This document shows, in pieces, positions 10,491 through 18,790 of a stretch of DNA of 64,000 bases. The notes under the pieces are model-generated. The model was not told the DNA's origin. It was given only the letters and a program-made list of their open reading frames with translations, and made no database searches. Location: NCBI GenBank assembly GCA_902762495.1, contig CACWOL010000006.1:3771-67770 (forward strand), written 5' to 3'. The stretch comes from an uncultured bacterium. GTDB taxonomy: Bacteria; Verrucomicrobiota; Lentisphaeria; Victivallales; UBA1829. Both the position numbers and the translations under genes were made by a program. How positions within the stretch are numbered: position 1 is the first letter of the stretch; each line of letters starts with the position of its first letter.

Positions 10491-12460
10491 AAGTTGTTTT
10501 CCTTCATAAGAACCGGATCGCGTTTGTACCACGTGTGCAGGTCCAGTTCCTGGTCGTTGAAAATGGTTTCAAGGTCTTCCTGTTCGAGGTTCCGGTACTC
10601 CATGAGCCGGGCGAGACGTTCCCGCACCGCATCGACCGCGCCCCGGCTGCCCAGACGCTCGTAGACGTCCATGAGCATGAGGAGCGGCAGAACGGACCGC
10701 GGGCGCAGGGTCATGGCGCGTTTGAGGAAGGGCACGGCGTCGACCGGGTGCCCGCCGAGTACGCATGCGCGGGCGAAATAGTCGTTGACGTAGCCGAAGT
10801 CCGGCGTGCTGCTCGCGGCGAACATGGTATAATAGCGCGGAGCGTGCGCCGTGTCGTGGATCGAGGCATGGTTGAGCGCGCGGGATTTGAGCGGCAGGCT
10901 TGAGCCGGGCATGGACGCCGCCATGAGGTAGAGCCGGGCCGCGTCGTCGTGTTTGCCGTCCGTCGCGACGTTGTCCGCATGCCAGGCGATCGATTCCGCC
11001 GCCAGGTTGCTGAATGCGGAAAAGAGGGCCGTTCCGAACAGAACGAGCCCGAGCGCGGAGAGCGCGGGACGGATCAGACGACCTGTGCGGCGTTCGGGGG
11101 AGCGGTTCCGTTCAAGTTTCTTCAGGAACTCCCAGCGGAACCGCCTCAGGAAGGCGGGCGGACGCCAGAAGGGCGCGGGCGCGCCTTCGCGTTCGTGGAT
11201 GAGGAGCCCGAGGAAGATCATGGCGAGGAGATTGGTCGGCCAGCGGAAGAGCACGAGGTCGAATTGCGCGTGGACGAGCAGGCCGGCGAGGCACAGAAGC
11301 GAGAGCCTCGTTTCATCGTCCATTCCGCAGCCCCGGAATTCCCAGGCCGTCATCCCCGCCGGGAGATTGTCGTCCGTGCGGCCCCAGGTTTCTCCGGCGA
11401 TGCGTTTCGCGGCGAAGAACATGGGTTCCAGCACAAGGTAAAGCCAGCAGAGCAGCCCGAGGATGCCGGACGATGCCGCGACGTACAGCAAATGGTTGTG
11501 CGGATGGTCGACGCGTACTGCGGAATGGCGCATGGAGAAGAACTCCGGACGGCGGAAATTCAGATATTCCTGTTCGAACGACGGTGCGCCGAACCCGATT
11601 TCCGGCTGCTCCGCGATCATGTTCATGGTCGTATTCGCCAGGAAAACGCGTTCATCGCGCGAGAGCTCGTCGAGGATGCGTTCGTGCGGGACGAAGAACG
11701 CGAACCACAGCGAGCCGACGATGGCCGCCGTCAGCACGGCGAAGAGCGTCAGGCGGCGTCCCCGGTTTCCCTGCTTCAGAAATACCCACAGCGCTCCGGC
11801 GGTCGCGATGCCGAGGAGCGTACCGCGCGAACCCGTCAGCTTGATTTGCCAGCCGGTTATCCCGATGATGATGAGGGCAGACCCGATGCGCCACAGGGAG
11901 TTTGCCGACCAGTTCGATTCGGAGGGACACCATTTCCATGCCGCCAGGATCGCGAACGACGCGGTGATTGCGAGGAGCGAGGCGTTCCAGTTGATGTTTC
12001 CCGGCAGGCCGAAGAGCATCCAGTGCAGCCCATAGTACTGGACGAATCCGAGCGTGACATCGACCAGCCAGATGAGCGTCAGATACCATGGCAGCAGACG
12101 CTTGAGCTCACGGGCGAACACGCAAACGCAGAGCGGCACGGCGACCGAGAGGAAGAGCTCGCCCGTTTCCGCTGCGTTGTATTGTCCCGCATGGCTGATC
12201 CCATGCCACACTCCGATGCCGAGCAGAATGCCTGCTGAGATGAGCAGGCCGCGCGGAAGATGGTCGTATGCCGCCAGGATGCGTTGAGGAAAGAGCAGGG
12301 CCGCGCCCGCCATCGCCAGTACGATCGTGCCCGTTTCGAAGAATCGGAACGACCACGACGGCACGCAGAGGAGCATCCCCGGGCAGACCAGCAGGGCGGC
12401 CAGGAATAGGAACACGGCGGCGGTCATGGCGCTGTGTGTGGTTGTCTCCTCGTTCGGCAT
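10487..12460 (-). CDS. O-antigen ligase (Wzy_C) family membrane protein
   Basis: Multiple TM helices, TGSRG motif, periplasmic HPHN motif, C-terminal TPR-like helices. Confidence 0.75.
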   Translation of the reverse strand: MPNEETTTHSAMTAAVFLFLAALLVCPGMLLCVPSWSFRFFETGTIVLAMAGAALLFPQRILAAYDHLPRGLLISAGILLGIGVWHGISHAGQYNAAETGELFLSVAVPLCVCVFARELKRLLPWYLTLIWLVDVTLGFVQYYGLHWMLFGLPGNINWNASLLAITASFAILAAWKWCPSESNWSANSLWRIGSALIIIGITGWQIKLTGSRGTLLGIATAGALWVFLKQGNRGRRLTLFAVLTAAIVGSLWFAFFVPHERILDELSRDERVFLANTTMNMIAEQPEIGFGAPSFEQEYLNFRRPEFFSMRHSAVRVDHPHNHLLYVAASSGILGLLCWLYLVLEPMFFAAKRIAGETWGRTDDNLPAGMTAWEFRGCGMDDETRLSLLCLAGLLVHAQFDLVLFRWPTNLLAMIFLGLLIHEREGAPAPFWRPPAFLRRFRWEFLKKLERNRSPERRTGRLIRPALSALGLVLFGTALFSAFSNLAAESIAWHADNVATDGKHDDAARLYLMAASMPGSSLPLKSRALNHASIHDTAHAPRYYTMFAASSTPDFGYVNDYFARACVLGGHPVDAVPFLKRAMTLRPRSVLPLLMLMDVYERLGSRGAVDAVRERLARLMEYRNLEQEDLETIFNDQELDLHTWYKRDPVLMKENNL

Positions 12461-12634
12461 GGTGAAATTGTCTCCAAAAACACGGAAAAATGGCAATCTA
12501 ATACTGTACATGCGGAATCCGTTTTTTCAAGGTTTTTATATTTGCAGTAACTGTTTTTTCCGCCGGACGTCGCCGGTTGTTCGCATCTTTCCCGAAAAAT
12601 GTACGAATGCGGGCACAAAAAACACTTTTTTCAC

Positions 12635-12663
12635 TTGCGAAACGCGCGTTGACGCATTACATT
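12635..12663 (+). promoter_or_regulatory. Putative sigma70 promoter of the lon operon
   Basis: TTGCGA-17nt-TACATT, 41 nt upstream of the lon ATG. Confidence 0.4.
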
Positions 12664-12704
12664 ATGTAATGGCGGGGCACCAAAGCCCGTCAGGAAGGGT
12701 ACCA

Positions 12705-15700
12705 ATGAAAGACGACAAAGACAATCAGAACATGGAATTCACGGAGGCGAAGGACCAGGCGTCCTTTGCTCCGCTCAGTATTACCGTTTCAGGAGAAAAA
12801 GGAAATGACCCGTCCCAGGACGATTCCTCCGGGGACCGCATCATTGATGCGCCCGCCCTCATTCTGGGCGGCATCGTCGTGTTTCCGCACGCGCTCACGC
12901 CGCTTGTCCTGAACGATCCCGGCATGATCTCGATGATGGACGCCGCCTCGTCCGGCGACCGCATGATCGCGCTGTTCCCGGAGATCCCGGACGACGAATC
13001 CATGCGCGGCCTGATCAAGGGCAAGGCGTTTGATCCGAATACGAGCTCGTTCCTGCTCAACAAGCGCAGGATCGCGTCCGTCGGCGCGCTCGCCCGTATC
13101 GTGAAGACCCTGAAATTCCCGGACGGCACCGTCCGCGTGCTTGTGCGCGGCATCGCGCGCTGCCGTTTCATGACGGTCGTGCCGGGCAAGCCGTACATGG
13201 TCATGAAGGTGCACCGGCTTTCCGATACCCCGGACACGTCGATGGAGACCGCGGCGATGGTCCGCAACGCGACCAAGCAGTTCCAGGAGGTCATCTCGTT
13301 CGCGCCGAATTTCCCGGAGGAACTGAAGATCGCCGTGCTGAACATGACGGACAATTCCCGCATCGCGGACGTGATCGCCGACACGCTCAATATCTCCTTC
13401 GCGGAAAAAGTCGTCCTGCTCACCGAACTGAAACTCCAGGAACGTCTGCATTTCCTGACGATCCTGCTCAACCGCGAGCTCGAGGTCCTGCGCCTCGGCT
13501 CCGAGATCCAGCGGCAGGTCCACGACGCCATGTCGAAGCAGCAGCGCGAGTTCTTCCTGCGCGAACAGCTCAAGCAGATACGCGAGGAGCTCGGCGAGGA
13601 CAACCGCAACCCGGACGTGGTCGCGATCTCGGAACGCATCGAAAAGGCGCATCTCCCGGAAGCCCCGTACAAGGTCGTGACCAAGGAGCTCGAACGACTC
13701 AACATGGTCCCGCCGTCCTCGCCGGAGTACAACATCTCCTACACCTACATCGATTGGCTGCTCAGCGTGCCGTGGACGCAGGCGACCGAGGAGCGCGCCG
13801 ACGTGCAGGTCGCCGCCTCCGTGCTCGACGCCGACCATTACGGTCTGAAGGACGTGAAGGAGCGCATCCTCGAATTCCTCGCCGTCCACCAGCTCAAGAA
13901 GAACAGCAAGTCCCCGATCATCTGCTTCATCGGGCCGCCCGGCGTCGGCAAGACCTCGCTCGGCCGCTCCATCGCCGTCTCCCTCAACCGCAAGTTCGTC
14001 CGAATGTCGCTCGGCGGCATCCGCGACGAGGCGGAAATACGCGGCCACCGCCGCACGTACATCGGCGCGCTCCCCGGACGCATCATTCAGGGCATGAAAC
14101 GCGCCGGAACGGTCAATCCGGTGTTCATGCTGGACGAGCTGGACAAGCTCGGCAGCGACTACAAGGGCGATCCCGCATCCGCGCTGCTCGAAGTGCTCGA
14201 CCCGGAGCAGAACAAGGCGTTCAACGACCATTATCTCGAGGTAGACTACGACCTCAGCAAGGTCATGTTCATCGCGACCGCGAACATGCTGGAGACCATC
14301 CCTCGTCCGCTGCTCGACCGCATGGAGATCATCCGCCTGCCCGGTTACACCGCGCTCGAAAAGGAGCAGATCGCGAAGCGCTACCTGATCCCGCGCCAGA
14401 TGGTGGAAAACGGCCTCGACAATTCGTTTGTGCGCTTCAAGCACAGCGCCGCGTTCGAGATCATCGAGCATTACACCATGGAGTCCGGCGTCCGCAGCCT
14501 GGAACGCACGATCGCTTCGGTCTGCCGCAAGCTCGTCCGCAGGTTCGTCGAGAAGAACGGCGGTCAGCCGCCGGAGAAACCGGTCGTCGTGGACGACGCG
14601 CTGGTCCGCGAACTGCTCGGCCCGCGCAAGTTCACCAGCGACGAGAGCGAGAACATCCCGCGCGTCGGCGTCGTGACCGGCATGGCATGGACCAGCTACG
14701 GCGGCACTACGCTTGAGGTCGAGGCCGCCAAGATGCCAGGCCGCGGCGAACTGAAGCTCACCGGCTCGCTCGGCGACGTCATGAAGGAAAGCGCGCTCGC
14801 GGCGTTCAGCTACGTCCGCGGTCACGCCAAGGCGCTCGGCATCAACCAGAAGATTTTCAAGGAAAACGATTTCCATATCCATGTGCCGGACGGCGCCACG
14901 CCGAAGGACGGTCCGTCCGCGGGCGTTACGCTCGCCACCGCCATCGTCTCGCTCCTCACCGGCAAGCCCGTGCGTCCGCGCCTCTCCATGACCGGCGAGA
15001 TTACCCTCAGCGGCAAGGTCACGCCCATCGGCGGCGTCCGCGAGAAGGTGATCGCGGCGCTCCGGGCGGGGATCCGCGACGTCGTGATGCCCGCCGACAA
15101 CGAGAAGGACATGGAAGACGTCCCGCAGGAAGTCCGCAGCAGGATCACGTTCCACTTCGTCCGCACCATCGACGAGGTGCTGAAGATCGCGATGCCGAAG
15201 AACGTGAAGCCGTACGTCCCGAAGCGCGCCGAGAAGGTCAGGGACGAGTTCTACGAGTACGACGATTATCTGTTCCAGAAGGTCGAACCCGAGGACAAGA
15301 AGCCGGAACAGAAAGCGGATTCCAAGTCCGAGGTCAAAGCGGATAATAAACCGGCCGCGCCGGAGGCGGAGAAGCCCGCTGTAGAGAAACCTGTCGAGGA
15401 AAAACCCGCCGCCAAGCCTGCGGAACCCGTAAAGCCTGTTCAATCCGAGGCGAAACCGGAATCTGCGGCGAAACCGGAAGAAAAACCGTCCGCGCCGGAA
15501 GCGAAGAAGCCGGAGCCCGCGCCCGCCGAAGAAAAGAAGCCGGAACCGCCGAAGCCGGAACATCATTCCGCCTCGCAGTTCGAGTTCAGGATGCCGACGC
15601 TGGTCGTGAATTACGGGAAAAAACCGAACGCCTCGTTCACGGTCGGCCAGGCCCCGCTGAAAGCGCCCGAACAGCACCCCCTGCCGGAGCCGCTGAAACC

Positions 15701-16010
15701 CGCCCCGGCAAAGTCGTTCAAAGCGTCGGAAAAACTGCACCTCGATGTGAAGATGTCGACCGCGAGCGAAACCGGCGACGCCCCGGTGATCTCGCTTCAT
15801 GCTCCCGTGAAGGCGGAAAAAACCGTCTCTGCTCCAGCACGCAAAAAGCCCGTCCAGAAAGCCGCACCGAAGAACTTCCGTCCCGCGAAAACGCAGAAAC
15901 TCCGGGTCAAAGTCTCGTCCGCGTCCGCCGCGCAGGCCGGAGACGCCCCGGAGAAGAAGACGCCGCGCAAAAAAGCAAAACCTGCCGCCCCGGCCAAGAA
16001 AGGAAAATGA
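12705..16010 (+). CDS. lon: ATP-dependent Lon protease (1101 aa) with a ~270-aa K/P/E/A-rich C-terminal extension
   Basis: LON N-domain; Walker A GPPGVGKTS; LDELDK; catalytic KDGPSAG (Ser) and IGGVREK (Lys); start set at ATG 12705. Confidence 0.95.
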   Translation: MKDDKDNQNMEFTEAKDQASFAPLSITVSGEKGNDPSQDDSSGDRIIDAPALILGGIVVFPHALTPLVLNDPGMISMMDAASSGDRMIALFPEIPDDESMRGLIKGKAFDPNTSSFLLNKRRIASVGALARIVKTLKFPDGTVRVLVRGIARCRFMTVVPGKPYMVMKVHRLSDTPDTSMETAAMVRNATKQFQEVISFAPNFPEELKIAVLNMTDNSRIADVIADTLNISFAEKVVLLTELKLQERLHFLTILLNRELEVLRLGSEIQRQVHDAMSKQQREFFLREQLKQIREELGEDNRNPDVVAISERIEKAHLPEAPYKVVTKELERLNMVPPSSPEYNISYTYIDWLLSVPWTQATEERADVQVAASVLDADHYGLKDVKERILEFLAVHQLKKNSKSPIICFIGPPGVGKTSLGRSIAVSLNRKFVRMSLGGIRDEAEIRGHRRTYIGALPGRIIQGMKRAGTVNPVFMLDELDKLGSDYKGDPASALLEVLDPEQNKAFNDHYLEVDYDLSKVMFIATANMLETIPRPLLDRMEIIRLPGYTALEKEQIAKRYLIPRQMVENGLDNSFVRFKHSAAFEIIEHYTMESGVRSLERTIASVCRKLVRRFVEKNGGQPPEKPVVVDDALVRELLGPRKFTSDESENIPRVGVVTGMAWTSYGGTTLEVEAAKMPGRGELKLTGSLGDVMKESALAAFSYVRGHAKALGINQKIFKENDFHIHVPDGATPKDGPSAGVTLATAIVSLLTGKPVRPRLSMTGEITLSGKVTPIGGVREKVIAALRAGIRDVVMPADNEKDMEDVPQEVRSRITFHFVRTIDEVLKIAMPKNVKPYVPKRAEKVRDEFYEYDDYLFQKVEPEDKKPEQKADSKSEVKADNKPAAPEAEKPAVEKPVEEKPAAKPAEPVKPVQSEAKPESAAKPEEKPSAPEAKKPEPAPAEEKKPEPPKPEHHSASQFEFRMPTLVVNYGKKPNASFTVGQAPLKAPEQHPLPEPLKPAPAKSFKASEKLHLDVKMSTASETGDAPVISLHAPVKAEKTVSAPARKKPVQKAAPKNFRPAKTQKLRVKVSSASAAQAGDAPEKKTPRKKAKPAAPAKKGK

Positions 16011-16918
16011 CCATGATCCGTATTTCCCCCCGTTTGATTCTTTGTTCCCTGCTGACCCTGGCGGCCGCCTCGTTCGCGTACGCCGCCGACGAGCCCGCGA
16101 AGGAAGCCGAACCGCAGAAGGACCTTCCGCCCGAAATCCTTCAGATGCTCTTCCCCGAGGGCGCGGAGACCGATCCCGCGAAGATTTCCGCCGAGGCGTT
16201 CCTCCGCATGGCGCGCCGCGCCCCCGCCGGCGAATCCTGGGCGAAGATGGAAGGCACCGCCACGCACCGCCGCAGCGGCTCCAGCGCGGTCAAGGACACG
16301 ATCCGCGTCGGCATCCGTTTCACCCCGAAACGCGTGATCGCGCAGCTCGTCTTCGCCGGAAACGAATACTACGAGATGGGCCAGACCTTCGACACCCCGC
16401 CCGTCTTCACGCAGGAGACCGACGTCCCGGACAAGAACAAGACGCGCCTCTCCCTGTACGGCATCATGCCGTCCGACCTCACGCTCGGATTCCTCTACCG
16501 CGACCTGGTGCGCGAGGAGAAGCCGGAGAGCGTGAAGATGATCGACTGCCGCGTGTTCGTGCTGAAGGGCGGCGAGAACGACTATGTGCGCGTCTGGCTG
16601 AGTACGGAATACTTCTTCCCCCTGAAGGCGCACTGGTTCCGCGCGCTCCCCGACGACAAGGCGAAGCCGTACCGCGAGCTCGAGCTCGGCGGCGTGAAGA
16701 AGGAAAACGATTTCTACGTCGTGCAGGAGCTGTTCCTGTTCGGGCAGGACTGGCGCACCCGCGTCGAGTTCGACAAGCGCGACGCCGGACGCGTGGAGGA
16801 GGCAAAGGCCCCCGCCGACCTCTTCCTCTCGAAAGACGACGAAACGCCCGCGGTCCCCGCTCCGGCGGACAAGGACGCGGACAAGGATAAAGCCAAGGAC
16901 AAGGAAGACAAAAAATGA
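16007..16918 (+). CDS. Exported protein, probably of the outer-membrane lipoprotein-sorting (LolA-like) fold
   Basis: Signal peptide; beta-rich pattern (VRVWLSTEYFFPLKAHWF, YRELELGGVKK) resembling LolA-like proteins; overlaps the lon stop. Confidence 0.5.
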   Translation: MTMIRISPRLILCSLLTLAAASFAYAADEPAKEAEPQKDLPPEILQMLFPEGAETDPAKISAEAFLRMARRAPAGESWAKMEGTATHRRSGSSAVKDTIRVGIRFTPKRVIAQLVFAGNEYYEMGQTFDTPPVFTQETDVPDKNKTRLSLYGIMPSDLTLGFLYRDLVREEKPESVKMIDCRVFVLKGGENDYVRVWLSTEYFFPLKAHWFRALPDDKAKPYRELELGGVKKENDFYVVQELFLFGQDWRTRVEFDKRDAGRVEEAKAPADLFLSKDDETPAVPAPADKDADKDKAKDKEDKK

Positions 16919-17511
16919 ACTTCCGCACGGTCGGGATCATACGGAACGGACTGCGGCGCGGCGAATCCGGTCAGGCTTTCGCCGAGCTGACGGTCTCGCT
17001 CATCGCGATCCTGGCCGCGTTCGTCGGATTCCTCCTCGTTGCCGCGCTCAGTTCGGACCGCGTGTCGACGCTCATCCGCGCCCGCGAAGAGGCCGACATG
17101 AAGAGCGCGGGCGGCGTTTCCTCGCAGAGCGGCGACAGCATCCGCTACTGGGACTACGGCGCGGACGAGATCCCGTTCACGACGGACGACCGCGCCGTGC
17201 TCGGTTCCGCGGGCGACGGCGCGCTGTTCAAACGCCAGCTCGCCGACAACACCGGGCACGTGGGGCTCACCAACCCGCCGTCCTCCTCGGCCCTCCGCAG
17301 CGATTTCGCCTCGCTCCAGGACGCCAATATGTTCGTGAACGCCGCGAGCCTCGCCACCGGCGACGCCGGCACCACGAGTACGCTCCGCGACCACAAGATC
17401 ACCTCGCTCGAACCCGCGATCCGCTGGCTCTTCGGCGTCGGCGGCACGCGTGTCGAGGAGAAAGTCTACATGCCCGCCCACAAAGAGCTTTCCGATGAAA
17501 GAAGCAACTGA
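16915..17511 (+). CDS. TadE-like pseudopilin outside the tad cluster
   Basis: Class III signal RRGESG|[23 protein letters not shown]: Gly-1, Glu+5, hydrophobic helix. Confidence 0.55.
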   Translation: MNFRTVGIIRNGLRRGESGQAFAELTVSLIAILAAFVGFLLVAALSSDRVSTLIRAREEADMKSAGGVSSQSGDSIRYWDYGADEIPFTTDDRAVLGSAGDGALFKRQLADNTGHVGLTNPPSSSALRSDFASLQDANMFVNAASLATGDAGTTSTLRDHKITSLEPAIRWLFGVGGTRVEEKVYMPAHKELSDERSN

Positions 17512-18007
17512 TATGACCGACCCCCACACCAAAGTCATGACCCTGGAACAGGCCGTCGAAGCCCGCCTGAAGCTCGCCGCCGAGGGCCGCAAGCTCGCCG
17601 TCACCAACGGCTGTTTCGACCTGCTCCACCGCGGCCACGCCGAATATCTCATGCAGGCGCGTTCCCTCGCCGACGCCCTCTTCGTGCTCATCAACAGCGA
17701 CGAATCCGTCCGCGCGCTGAAGGGCCCGACGCGACCCGTCAATCAGGAGCTCGACCGCGCGTTTCTTCTGGCGTGCCTGGAGTTCGTGGACGGCGTGGTC
17801 GTCTTCCGTTCGTCCCGCTGCGACCGCGAGCTCGCCGCGCTGAAGCCCGACGTCTATGCGAAGGGCGGCGACTACACGGTCGAATCCCTCGACCCATCCG
17901 AACGCGCCGCCCTGCTCGAAGCCGGGGCCGAAATCCGTTTCATCCCGTTCGTCCCCGGATATTCCACCACGGGAACCCTCAAAAAAGCCGCCGGAAAAGG
18001 AGCCTGA
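17495..18007 (+). CDS. rfaE2: D-glycero-beta-D-manno-heptose-1-phosphate adenylyltransferase (RfaE domain II / HldC-like)
   Basis: TNGCFDLLHRGH, INSDESVRALKGPTRP, KGGDY, GYSTT. Confidence 0.8.
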   Translation: MKEATDMTDPHTKVMTLEQAVEARLKLAAEGRKLAVTNGCFDLLHRGHAEYLMQARSLADALFVLINSDESVRALKGPTRPVNQELDRAFLLACLEFVDGVVVFRSSRCDRELAALKPDVYAKGGDYTVESLDPSERAALLEAGAEIRFIPFVPGYSTTGTLKKAAGKGA

Positions 18008-18015
18008 TCCCCCCG

Positions 18016-18546
18016 ATGCCCGTTATCCTCACCACTCTTTACGACGCGCAGACGATCCGCCGCCGCGTCGAGGAACTCGCCGCCGACATCTCCCGCGCCT
18101 ACGCCGGGCAGGAACTCACCGCTGTCATCGTGATGAACGGCGGATTCTTCTTCGCCGCAGACCTCCTGCGCCATGTCGATCTGCCCGTGCGCGTGGATTC
18201 CCTCCCCGCCGGCTCCTACGTGCACCATGCTTCGACCGGACAGCTCACGATGCGCGGCCGCCTGAAACTCGACGTGAAGGACCGCCATGTCCTCCTGATC
18301 GACGACATCCTCGACACCGGGTTTACGCTCGCCGAACTGCAGAAAATGATCCTGGCGGACGGCGCCGCCTCCTGCCGCACCTGCGTTCTGTTCGACAAAG
18401 CCATTCCGCCCGAAATGAAAAAAGCGAAGCCCGACTGGTTTGGATTCCACGCCCCCGCGGAGTACCTCGTCGGCTGCGGCATGGACTCCGACGAGCTCTA
18501 CCGCAACCTCCCCGACATCTGCATCCTCCGCGAAAGCGAACCCTGA
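18016..18546 (+). CDS. hpt: Hypoxanthine phosphoribosyltransferase
   Basis: PRPP-binding VLLIDDILDTGFTL; VGCGMDSDELYRNLP. Confidence 0.85.
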   Translation: MPVILTTLYDAQTIRRRVEELAADISRAYAGQELTAVIVMNGGFFFAADLLRHVDLPVRVDSLPAGSYVHHASTGQLTMRGRLKLDVKDRHVLLIDDILDTGFTLAELQKMILADGAASCRTCVLFDKAIPPEMKKAKPDWFGFHAPAEYLVGCGMDSDELYRNLPDICILRESEP

Positions 18547-18579
18547 TCCCGCCCCCGCCTCAATCCCCCGCGCACGGGC

Positions 18580-18668
18580 AAAAAAAAAAAGACGGCTGAA
18601 TTGAAGCCGTCAAATGGTTTTCCCGTGGGAATGAACCATCATATCCTTTACCAGGACTTGTAGAGTAC
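18580..18668 (-). ncRNA. tracrRNA
   Basis: Minus-strand ACUCUACAAGUCCUGGU (18666-18650) pairs at all 17 positions with the repeat 5' end GCUGGGGCUUGUAGAGU (4 G-U wobbles that work only in this orientation); then stem AUGGUU..AACCAU, terminator stem GACGGCU/AGCCGUC and a U-tract. Confidence 0.87.
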
Positions 18669-18672
18669 CAAT

Positions 18673-18701
18673 AATCTACCATGCCCGGCAGGAAATGTCA
18701 A
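18673..18701 (-). promoter_or_regulatory. sigma70 promoter of the tracrRNA
   Basis: TTGACA-17nt-TAGATT on the minus strand; predicted start only a few nt before the anti-repeat. Confidence 0.75.
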
Positions 18702-18719
18702 GTATTTTTTTATAAAAGT

Positions 18720-18748
18720 TTGATTTTTCTCCGCCCCCGTGATATTAT
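18720..18748 (+). promoter_or_regulatory. sigma70 promoter of cas9, divergent from the tracr promoter
   Basis: TTGATT-17nt-TATTAT with an extended -10 TG. Confidence 0.65.
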
Positions 18749-18790
18749 ATAGCGGAAACATACAGAACCGCTACAGAAAGGGGCTTCATC

